DNA of 41,454 bases from assembly GCA_031409335.1 (NCBI GenBank), contig JANNWY010000149.1, positions 1 to 41,454 of the forward strand, in the 5' to 3' direction. This DNA comes from Chthoniobacteraceae bacterium. GTDB lineage: Bacteria > Verrucomicrobiota > Verrucomicrobiia > Chthoniobacterales > Chthoniobacteraceae. Both the position numbers and the translations under genes were made by a program. Below the pieces are notes generated by a model that saw only the letters and a program-made list of their open reading frames with translations, had not been told where the DNA came from and made no database searches. This document shows positions 28,291 through 36,122 of this stretch, piece after piece (within the stretch, counting starts at the first letter, position 1; every line of letters begins with the position of its first letter).

Positions 28291-29712
28291 TTAGAACTTC
28301 ACGCTGAGATCCACTTGGAGGAGCTGGGCTCCGTTGGCGTCGCCGATGCTGTTACCGCCGGTGACTTCCCCGCCGGTCAGCGATTCGCGAATATTCCATG
28401 CGTGGGAGTAGGTAACCGAGCCGATGGCGAAGTCGGTGAAGTTATAGGAAACGCTGGCTTCGGCACCGCGTGTGTTCAACTCGCCGCTGCCGAAATCCCC
28501 GTCGTTGATATTGGGATCGACTGCGCCGAGGCCAGTCTGACGCCAGTTGGCAAGGAAGGACCAGTCTCCCGCCTTCTTGTTTTCGCCAACTTGAAAGCCG
28601 ATGAGATACGCGAAGTCATCTTCCGTGCTGTGCTGGGGATTCCCGACAGTATTTGCGAGGCCGTAGATGTCCTGCACGCGCGCGCCACCGTCGATGTTAT
28701 AGCTAAAGTCCCAGTAGATTTTCGTCTTCAAGCCGCCGGCCTTGAAGCTGATGTCGCCGGGTGCCAGCAGCAGGTTGAGATTCCGCGTCGCGCCGGAAAC
28801 GAACCCATTGTCCGTGAAGGAATTGGTATTCGTCAAACCGCTAAGCGAGCCATTGATGTAAGTCAGCCAGCCAGGCGCGACCGTTACTTTCGTCCCGCCG
28901 AATTTATAGCTGCCGATCAACTGCGTCTGGAAGAGATAGGCATCGGTCGAGGAGTCATTGTCCGGGCCGTTCGACTCGGTATTGTTTTCGAAGAGAAACT
29001 GGCCGGCGACCAGGGAAAGTTCCCACGGCAGTTCCGCCGGGGCGACTTCCTTCATGCTTTTGCCGTCCTTCGAGTAACCGCCGCCACCACCGCTGGATTC
29101 GCCGCCGGCCAGCTTGTGAAAGGCGATGACTTCCGCCACGCCCGTCGGATTGATGTCCGGATCCCAGGTCAGCTCCGTGGTGTAAAACGGGTTATTAAAC
29201 TTGCCGCCAGTTATTGTGAACCAATCGGTGGGTTTCCAGCCCATAAAAGCTTTGCTGATGAAAATGTCGTAGTCGTCGAAGCCGTTTTCAAAGGCCTGGT
29301 TGGGACTGTCCGACTGGTTGTTGGTCTGGAGTTCCACGCCGCCGAAGACGTGTTCGCCGAGCTTGAAGTCCGCATTCAGCCGGAGGCGGTAGCGCCAGCG
29401 GGAGGACTGCGAGACATTCGAGCCGCCGCCGTTTTGCGGGAGCAACTGCGCGTCCTTGTCCTCGTATTGATAACGCAGGCGCAGGTCGCCGTAGATTTTC
29501 AACTCGGAGACGGGGGAGCTGAGCTTGATTTTCGACGCTGACTCGTTCTGGCCGTGCGCGAGTTCTTCTCGCACCGAGGCGGCTTCCTTGGCGGAGAGGA
29601 TGCCTTTGCGCTGAAGGATGTCGATCAGCGCAGAATCCTGCGCGGAAGCGACGGAGGCAGCACTAGCCGTGAGGCCGAGAGCAGCGACATACTTTAACAT
29701 GGGGATTTTCAT
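28291..29712 (-). CDS. Putative outer-membrane porin
   Basis: Signal peptide, 'LIDILQRKGILS' N-terminal segment, GDLRLRYQ, RYRLRL, amphipathic beta strands and C-terminal Phe (QVDLSVKF). Confidence 0.82.
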   Translation of the reverse strand: MKIPMLKYVAALGLTASAASVASAQDSALIDILQRKGILSAKEAASVREELAHGQNESASKIKLSSPVSELKIYGDLRLRYQYEDKDAQLLPQNGGGSNVSQSSRWRYRLRLNADFKLGEHVFGGVELQTNNQSDSPNQAFENGFDDYDIFISKAFMGWKPTDWFTITGGKFNNPFYTTELTWDPDINPTGVAEVIAFHKLAGGESSGGGGGYSKDGKSMKEVAPAELPWELSLVAGQFLFENNTESNGPDNDSSTDAYLFQTQLIGSYKFGGTKVTVAPGWLTYINGSLSGLTNTNSFTDNGFVSGATRNLNLLLAPGDISFKAGGLKTKIYWDFSYNIDGGARVQDIYGLANTVGNPQHSTEDDFAYLIGFQVGENKKAGDWSFLANWRQTGLGAVDPNINDGDFGSGELNTRGAEASVSYNFTDFAIGSVTYSHAWNIRESLTGGEVTGGNSIGDANGAQLLQVDLSVKF

Positions 29713-29976
29713 GGTTTTTTGGTTGGTTGAGGGAGCGGGAAGGGGTTGAGATTGCCGTCTCCCGCCAGACGACGGCGCCAGAATGCGAAAAATGTGTGAT
29801 GCGTAAATGTCAAAATGTTGATATTTCCGTGATCCCGCATCCAGCAAGACATCGGCAAGTCGCGGCGCGTGCGCATTCCGGCATTTTTCAGCGTGTCCGT
29901 AGATTCGCAAAAAATGACGGCATTGTCAGCCTCATCGCGCGCCCGACGCCATCTGTTTCGTCTTTCTGACCGCGAC

Positions 29977-30696
29977 ATGATTCAGTCAGCGGATCAAGCT
30001 CCAGCCAAAGACTCAATGCGTGTCCTCCTTGCCGAAGATGAAAAGAAGATCGCCCTGCATATTCGCGCGGCTTTGCGTGAGCAGGGTTTCACCGTCGATC
30101 TCGTTCATCGTGGCGATGAGGCGCTGGAAGCCGCGCTGCGCACGCCTTACGACGCGCTCGTGCTCGATGTGATGATGCCGGGCCGCGACGGTTTAAGCAT
30201 CCTCCGCATCCTGCGGGAAAAGCGCGTGGCCACTCCGGTGTTGATCGTGACGGCGCGCGGCGAAGTCTCTGAGCGCGTCGAGGGGCTGATGCTCGGGGCG
30301 GACGATTATCTTTCAAAGCCGTTTGCGATGAATGAGCTGGTCGCGCGCGTCGTCGCGCTGACCCGCCGCGGCAGCAGCCAGGGCCTCACGCTTTTGCAGG
30401 TCGAGGATCTTACGATGAATCTCACCACGCGCGAGGTGCGGCGCGCGGGGCAGAAGATCGAGCTGCCCCTGCGCGAATTCGCGCTCCCCGAGTATCGCCT
30501 GCGTTCGCCGTGGCGCATGCTTTCAAAAACTCAGCTCATCGAAAACGTGTGGGAGTGGCACTTCGATACCGGCACGAATGTCGTCGAGGTTTACCTCCAG
30601 CGCCTTCGCAGAAAGGTGGACGATGGCCACTGCGGAATGGCTGGCGGGGCGATGAAACGCAATTCCGCCTTTCGTGCATCATCGGTCGCGGGATAG
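29977..30696 (+). pseudogene. OmpR-family response regulator, decayed and 3'-truncated duplicate of 39044-39754
   Basis: Near-identical protein to the second copy up to KVDDGH (nt 30630), then unrelated sequence. It lacks the C-terminal IHTVRSVGY wing and has non-conservative changes (LPEYRLRSPWRM vs LLEYLMRSPGRV). Alternative start at 30016. Confidence 0.75.
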
Positions 30697-30704
30697 CCTC
30701 CCCC

Positions 30705-31289
30705 ATGCTCAAAAGCGCAGCCCATCTCGACCGCATCCTCGCCGCCCTCGGCAGCCTCCAGTATTACCTGAAGCTCAACTCCGCGCAGGGCTTCATCTCC
30801 CCCGCCGCGCACCTTGAGGACTTCTGCATCCCGCTGCTCGACGCGGTGTACGGATACAGCCTCACCAACGCCAACGCCGCCAAATCCAACACCCCGGCCA
30901 TTGACCTCATTGATGACAATGAGCGGCTCGGCATCCAAGTCACCATCAACGACAAGGCCACAAAGATCAGCGATACCTACAAGACAGCCGCAGACCTGAA
31001 GCACAACCTCGGCGCGGAGATCGGCAAGCTGCTCATTTTCTTCTTTACCGCCAAAGCACCCAAGACTCCCGCCGGCGTCAAAGCAGTTCCCGGCATCACC
31101 ATCGAACTGCTCGACCTCACCGACCTCATCACCGAAATCCGCAGCTTCCCGCCGGAGAAGCAGGAGCAAATCGCCGCGCTGCTCGACCACGAACTATCCT
31201 CGGGGCCGTCGGCAAGATACATCATCAACGCGACGAACGTGACGGTGATTCCCGGACGCATCGAGACGCTCACCATCCACAACCACTGA
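30705..31289 (+). CDS. Stand-alone SMEK-like domain protein (predicted restriction-endonuclease-like defence effector) with a short C-terminal beta-prone tail
   Basis: Pattern EDFCIPLLDAVYGYSLTNAN....NTPAIDLID....GIQVT......KI..T recognised by eye as SMEK-like. No HMM was run. Confidence 0.65.
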   Translation: MLKSAAHLDRILAALGSLQYYLKLNSAQGFISPAAHLEDFCIPLLDAVYGYSLTNANAAKSNTPAIDLIDDNERLGIQVTINDKATKISDTYKTAADLKHNLGAEIGKLLIFFFTAKAPKTPAGVKAVPGITIELLDLTDLITEIRSFPPEKQEQIAALLDHELSSGPSARYIINATNVTVIPGRIETLTIHNH

Positions 31290-31348
31290 AAAATAGCCGT
31301 GGGTGAGGAACGAGCCCACGGAACTGACCCGAGCGGGAAGCGCCCAGT

Positions 31349-31481
31349 GTAGGCGAGATTTGCAATCTCGCTTCGTTGGCACACGAGATTTGCAATCTCG
31401 CTTGGCAGGCGTCGTTCTCACCGAAAACGTGCAGGATTCCGAACTGCCGCATCGCCAAGCGAGATTGCAAATCTCGCCTAC
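31349..31481. repeat. GTAG-type REP cluster (three palindromic units, the last inverted)
   Basis: gtaggcgagatttgcaatctcgctt (31349), cgagatttgcaatctcgcttggc (31384) and gccaagcgagattgcaaatctcgcctac (31454-31481). Confidence 0.8.
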
Positions 31482-31592
31482 GTTATGCCCGCTTGCGCGG
31501 GCGATCCTGCCGCTTGCACCACGTTCGACAAACCGCATTTTCCCCGCAGGCTTGCGAAGCCGCCCACCGCCCGCGATACACAGCCGCAGCCC

Positions 31593-34085
31593 ATGGCATC
31601 CAAACGCGCAAAGAGCATCCAGATCATCGAGCAGGCAGGCTCCGTCACCATCGTCAATGGCGCGGGCAAGACGGGCAACCTCAGCCCTTACCTCCAGCGT
31701 GTCACAAATGATTGCGAGCGTATCGAGCTGGAGCAGTTCGGCAGCCTTGTTCCCAAGAGCGTCAAACTCATCCCACTCGCGAAAGTCTATGTCTCGCTCG
31801 ACACTCAGGAGTGGGAGCGCGAGGAAGTGGATGAACCGCAAAAGCAACAGCCGCGCGAGTTGCTCCCTGCGCTCGATGTTCTCGGGCGCGAGCCGCGTCT
31901 GGTCATCCTCGGCGACCCCGGCTCGGGGAAATCCACCTTTTTCCGCTACGTCGCCCACTGCCTCGCTTGCGCACGCTTGGGGAATGAAGAGGCGAGCGTG
32001 AAGAAGTGGCCTGCGTCCCTGCACAAGTGCCTCCCATTTTCCGTCGAGTTGAAATGGTTCGCTGACTGGATGGCGAAAAAGAACATCAAGCGGGCGGACG
32101 AAAGCCACCTGTGGGAATACCTCAAGACCGAGGTGCTCAAGAGCTACGAGGACGCATGGGAGCCGCTTGGCGATGTGCTCAATGACCGCACCTTCGCGGG
32201 CCGCATCGTCTTTTTCCTCGATGGGCTGGACGAAGTGTATAGCGACGACCACCGCGAGCTCGTCATCGGCGCCATCAATGAATTCTCCAAGAGCGGACGC
32301 GGGGCCTGCCGCATTGCCGTGACGTGTCGCGAGGCCACCTACGCCCAAACGGAATGGCGACTTGATGCCAAATTTCACGTCACCCGGCTCGCCAGCCTCT
32401 CGGACGGCACCGAGTCCCAGCGCAAGTCCAACCAAGTGCAGGAGTTCGTCGAAGCATGGTTCTCCGTCATCGGGCAGCCCGCTTTGGCGAAGGAAATCCT
32501 CGCTTCTTTTGGCAAGCAGCCCCGCCTGCGGGAACTCGCGTGCAATCCGATGAACCTCACCAATATCGTCCTCCTCCGCGCCGGGGGCACGCCGCTGCCC
32601 GAAAACCGCGCCGAGCTATGGAGAGCCGTCATCCACCAGCTCCTCTTCCAGCGCGACCGTGCAAAGGACAAAGCCCACCTCAAGAGCCCGCTCGATGCCG
32701 TGCTCGACCGGCTGCACTGTAGCGAGGCGGATTTGCACCACTCGCTCGGCAGGATGTTTTTCGATGCGCACCAGCATCACCCGCCGGATGCCCCGCCTAC
32801 CATGCTCTCGCGCAGCGCGCTTCACGAGATGGCCAAGCGCCTGCGCGACGATACACCGTGGGCGGATGAGCTGGTGGAGAATTTCACCCAGCGCCCCGGC
32901 CTTCTCCGCAGCCGCGCGCGGGACCGATATTGCTGCCCGCACCTCAGCTTTCAGGAATGGCTCGCCGCGTGGCACCTCGCCGGGCAGCCCCGCTGTGTGG
33001 ACGAAATGTCCCGGCTGCTTGGCACGACGGAGTTTCGGCAGCAGTGGCGCGAAGTCGCAAAGTGGCTTGCCGAGCAGTGGGTGCATATTTTGGGAAGACC
33101 GGACCTCGTGCTCGCTCTCGCAAAGGCGCTCTGCAATGGCGACCCGGCGGCGATGTCCCCTTGCGACATCGCCCGCGCAAAGCTCGCCTCCGAGATTCTC
33201 GGCGAGCTGGGGAAGGAGAAAATCGCGGCGCGTCCGCTGGGTTGCGAGTTGCTTGCAGCGGTCCGCCCGGTGCTTGCTTCGCTGCTCACCACGGAGCGGC
33301 TGGAGGCTCGCGACCGCGCCGCTGCGGGCATGGTGCTCGGGCAGCTTGGCGACCTGCGCGAGGGCGTCGGCTGCGGCGAAAAGGGCGTGCCCGTTTTCAA
33401 ATGGAGCGCGGAGTTTCCAGCGGGCGACTTCACCCTCGGCGAGGGCAAAAAGAAGCGCCGCATCCTCGACGCCTACCGCATGAGTATTTACCCCGTCACC
33501 GTCCAGCAGTTCGCCGCTTTTCTCGCGGCGGGCTATCGCGAGGCCGGGCCGAAGGACTACGAGCAGGCGGAGTTTCAGACGCCGAACCATCCCCGCGTCG
33601 GCGTCTCGTGGTACGAGGCTACCGCGTTTTGCGCGTGGGTCTCCGCACAAACGAAGAACGCAATCCGCCTGCCCACCGAGGCTGAGTGGGAGCGGGCGGC
33701 GGCGGGTGATGGGAAAAAGGGGCGTGAGTTTGCGTGGAGCGATGCGAAGGACGACGGGCTTTCCATACGCTGCAATATGGGCGGCACTGGCATCGGGCAC
33801 CCGTCGGCGGTGGGCATATTCCCCACGGGCAACACGCCCGAGGGCATCGCCGATATGACGGGCAATGTGTGGGAGTGGTGCGCCAGCCGTTACAACGACG
33901 ACTCCGAAGATGCCAGCAAGCCGGTCGCCGAAATTAAGAGCGACCAGTCCGGCGTGGTTCGTGGCGGGTCGTGGGGCTACGGCTATCCCGACTATCTCCG
34001 CGCTTCGTTTCGCACCTTCTATCCTCCCGGCTACCGTTACGACTTTATCGGTTTTCGGGTGGTGGTGGTGGGTGCGGCGTGCTAG
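31593..34085 (+). CDS. DGR target 1: NACHT/STAND NTPase + FGE-sulfatase (CLec-fold) protein
   Basis: Walker A GDPGSGKST, Walker B FFLDGLDEV, VTCR, NPMNL and HLSFQEWLAA. C-terminal PRVGVSWYEA, RLPTEAEWE, DMTGNVWEW, RGGSW and GFRV. ATG 31593 preferred over 31485. Confidence 0.92.
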   Translation: MASKRAKSIQIIEQAGSVTIVNGAGKTGNLSPYLQRVTNDCERIELEQFGSLVPKSVKLIPLAKVYVSLDTQEWEREEVDEPQKQQPRELLPALDVLGREPRLVILGDPGSGKSTFFRYVAHCLACARLGNEEASVKKWPASLHKCLPFSVELKWFADWMAKKNIKRADESHLWEYLKTEVLKSYEDAWEPLGDVLNDRTFAGRIVFFLDGLDEVYSDDHRELVIGAINEFSKSGRGACRIAVTCREATYAQTEWRLDAKFHVTRLASLSDGTESQRKSNQVQEFVEAWFSVIGQPALAKEILASFGKQPRLRELACNPMNLTNIVLLRAGGTPLPENRAELWRAVIHQLLFQRDRAKDKAHLKSPLDAVLDRLHCSEADLHHSLGRMFFDAHQHHPPDAPPTMLSRSALHEMAKRLRDDTPWADELVENFTQRPGLLRSRARDRYCCPHLSFQEWLAAWHLAGQPRCVDEMSRLLGTTEFRQQWREVAKWLAEQWVHILGRPDLVLALAKALCNGDPAAMSPCDIARAKLASEILGELGKEKIAARPLGCELLAAVRPVLASLLTTERLEARDRAAAGMVLGQLGDLREGVGCGEKGVPVFKWSAEFPAGDFTLGEGKKKRRILDAYRMSIYPVTVQQFAAFLAAGYREAGPKDYEQAEFQTPNHPRVGVSWYEATAFCAWVSAQTKNAIRLPTEAEWERAAAGDGKKGREFAWSDAKDDGLSIRCNMGGTGIGHPSAVGIFPTGNTPEGIADMTGNVWEWCASRYNDDSEDASKPVAEIKSDQSGVVRGGSWGYGYPDYLRASFRTFYPPGYRYDFIGFRVVVVGAAC
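33948..34079 (+). repeat. DGR variable region VR1
   Basis: 132-nt match to TR (35820-35951, minus strand) with 17 substitutions, all at TR adenines. Confidence 0.97.
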
Positions 34086-34194
34086 CGCTGGGTGTCTTTT
34101 TATCCTTTGTTCCTTTTACACTCTTACCCTTTTAGAAAGGGCGTGGCTTGGCGAATGGCATGGAAAGCAGCCTGCGCAGCTGGAAAATTTTTTG
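34086..34194 (+). promoter_or_regulatory. Conserved post-VR element 1 (candidate IMH-adjacent target-recognition sequence with hairpin)
   Basis: ~110 nt shared with 36012-36122 (minus), including a 37-nt identical core and hairpin cccttt-tag-aaaggg (34127-34141). Absent downstream of TR. Confidence 0.7.
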
Positions 34195-34212
34195 CGGAAA
34201 AAAACGACTGTT

Positions 34213-35211
34213 CTACCCGCTGGAATACACCTTTCGCAGCCCCTCGGTGTTCCCTTCTTTGCTGAATTGGTACCATGCAAAGACCGTCTGCGTCACCCGC
34301 TGGTAGTCGCGGGCAAGCACCAGCCTGTGCTTGCGCTGCTCAAAGCGCCGCTTCGTCGCCCCGAGCACGCGGGGGCGCAACCCAGGCAGAAAGCGGAAGC
34401 CGCAAAACGGCACACCTTCCCTCGTTGCGAGCAGCCGCGATTTTGGCTCCGCCAAAAGCAGATGCACTTTCGCCAATTCTGCGACGACGGCGTGTTTCAG
34501 CGCCCCGAGCGCCGCACGGTCGTCGGCAAAGATGAGGAAATCATCCGTGTACCGCACCATCGCGCCACACTGCCACTGCTCGGTGATGATGTGGTCCAGC
34601 CCATCGAGGTAAAGATTTCCCCAAAGCTGTGAGGTGAGATTGCCGATGGGCAGGCCGCATGGCCGCGCCGCGCCTTCCGTGCGGTAGCTGGAGATGATCC
34701 TCCCGAGCAGCCCACGCACCGCGGGGCAGCGCACCTTTGGCGCCAGCAGCCCGAGCAGCGTCTCGTGGTCGATGCTGGGGAAGAACTTCCGCACATCGCA
34801 TTTCAGCACGAAGCGATACTGGTTCACCAGCTTGCGGCAGCATTCGCGGGCGGCAGTCGTGCCCTTGCCGAGCTGGCAGGAAAAGCTGCGCGCGATGAAC
34901 TGCCGCTCCATCACCGGGGCGAGGAGATTGCAGAGGGCGTGATGCACCACGCGGTCGCGAAACGGCGCAGCGGCGATCATCCGGCGCTTGGGCTCCCGAA
35001 TCTCGAAGAAATGATACGGCCCCGGTCGGTAGCTGCCGGAGCGCAGTTCCTCGCGCAGGGCGGCCAGCTCCGTCTCCCGGCGCATCCACCACGCCTCCAC
35101 ATCCGGGCGGCGGCGTTTGCCCCGGCGGGCCTTGTCGGCGGCGGTGAAAAGGTTTTCCCACGAAGCGACGGCTTCCATCGTGCAGATACGGGATTGCTGG
35201 CGTGGTGTCAT
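34213..35211 (-). CDS. DGR-type reverse transcriptase
   Basis: WENL..A...ARRGK, EPKRR.I.AAPFRDRVVHHAL, LKCDVRKFFPSIDH, GLPIGNLTSQ (DGR-type SQ), RYTDD and FCGFR. Alternative starts at 35178 and 35256. Confidence 0.96.
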   Translation of the reverse strand: MTPRQQSRICTMEAVASWENLFTAADKARRGKRRRPDVEAWWMRRETELAALREELRSGSYRPGPYHFFEIREPKRRMIAAAPFRDRVVHHALCNLLAPVMERQFIARSFSCQLGKGTTAARECCRKLVNQYRFVLKCDVRKFFPSIDHETLLGLLAPKVRCPAVRGLLGRIISSYRTEGAARPCGLPIGNLTSQLWGNLYLDGLDHIITEQWQCGAMVRYTDDFLIFADDRAALGALKHAVVAELAKVHLLLAEPKSRLLATREGVPFCGFRFLPGLRPRVLGATKRRFEQRKHRLVLARDYQRVTQTVFAWYQFSKEGNTEGLRKVYSSG

Positions 35212-35231
35212 CGGGCTGCTTGTGTGTGCAG

Positions 35232-35582
35232 ATGCCACTACCGGAACATCCGCCACTTTACACCGCCCTTTGCGACCTCATCGCTTGGACGCTCCAGCGC
35301 ACCGCCAGCATCCCCAAGAGCCACCGCTTCACCTTTGGCCAGCGCATCGAGAATCTCTCGCTCGATGCGCTCATGCTCTGCATCCGCGCGACCTACGCTG
35401 CGCGGGGGAAAAAGGCGGCGTTTCTGGATGAACTGAATCTTTTTCTGGAGCAGCTGCGCGTGCTCTGGCGGCTCGTCCACGGGCAGGCTTGGGTGAGCCA
35501 GCAGCAGCTCGTCTTCATCATCGGAAAGATCGACGAGGCCGGGCGGATGACGGGCGGCTGGCTGCGGCAGCTATCGAAGTGA
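35232..35582 (+). CDS. avd: DGR accessory variability determinant (Avd, four-helix bundle)
   Basis: 116-aa helical protein with PKSHRFTFGQRI, LEQLRVLWRL and GRMTGGW, adjacent to RT and TR. Confidence 0.9.
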   Translation: MPLPEHPPLYTALCDLIAWTLQRTASIPKSHRFTFGQRIENLSLDALMLCIRATYAARGKKAAFLDELNLFLEQLRVLWRLVHGQAWVSQQQLVFIIGKIDEAGRMTGGWLRQLSK

Positions 35583-36007
35583 AAAAGTTGCAGGCGGTGG
35601 CTTTCATCGCCGCCCGGAGGCGGCACTACCGGCCACGGCCTGCGCCGCGTATTTTCCCCGCGTCTTTGCGGCACTCGCGGCACCACCCTTTCATCCTTCC
35701 GGGCTGGCGCGGGGCGTGGCAGGTGGGGTTAGGCTGGGCATCTTGGCACGGGCCGCGCAGAGCGTCCGCCCCACGCGGCATCTCGCCGGTTTCTGTTTTA
35801 GCATTTGCGCCGCCTTGCGCGCCGCACCCACCACCACCACCCGAAAACCGATATTGTTGTTACGGTTGCCGGGATGATTGTTGTTGCGATACGAAGCGCG
35901 GAGATTGTCGGGATTGTTGTTGCCCCACGACCCGCCACGAACCACGCCGGTGCGGCCCCATCCGCTCACTTCCAGCCGGCATCCCCCGAAAGGAACACCG
36001 ACCGAAA
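35583..36007 (-). ncRNA. Predicted DGR template RNA (5' hairpin + TR + structured spacer)
   Basis: Minus-strand-specific 17-bp UUCG hairpin just before TR, further hairpins after TR, and a closing stem plus U-run near 35583. Boundaries are inferred. Confidence 0.6.
35820..35951 (-). repeat. DGR template repeat (TR)
   Basis: acc ggc gtg gtt cgt ggc ggg tcg tgg ggc aac aac aat ccc gac aat ... aac aac aat atc ggt ttt cgg gtg...: an AAC/AAT-rich copy of both VRs with 27 adenines. Confidence 0.97.
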
Positions 36008-36011
36008 TCTT

Positions 36012-36122
36012 CAAAAAAATTTCCCTGCTGCGCAGACTGCTTTCCATGCCATTTGCAAAGCCACGCCCTTTCTAAAAGGGTAAGAGTGTAAAAGAACTAA
36101 AGGGTAAACAAGACACCCAGCA
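36012..36122 (-). promoter_or_regulatory. Conserved post-VR element 2
   Basis: Inverted copy of 34086-34194; hairpin at 36066-36080. Confidence 0.7.

Noticed and set aside
29790..29840. Possible Pho-box/OmpR-type direct repeats between the porin and the regulator (gtgat/ttgat at roughly 11- and 22-nt spacing)
   Set aside because: Too degenerate to distinguish from chance in an AT-rich promoter.
31349..31481. Possible mini-CRISPR array
   Set aside because: Only three units with irregular spacing, the third inverted, GTAG ends and no cas genes. This fits REP elements.
34213..35211. RT as a group II intron, retron or CRISPR-associated RT
   Set aside because: It is short, lacks maturase/endonuclease extensions, has the LTSQ motif, and has Avd and TR/VR pairs beside it.
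35691..36047. 118-aa minus-strand ORF containing [19 protein letters not shown]
   Set aside because: It is the translation of the template repeat and its flanks. TRs are typically open because they mirror the VR frame, and there is no evidence it is a protein.
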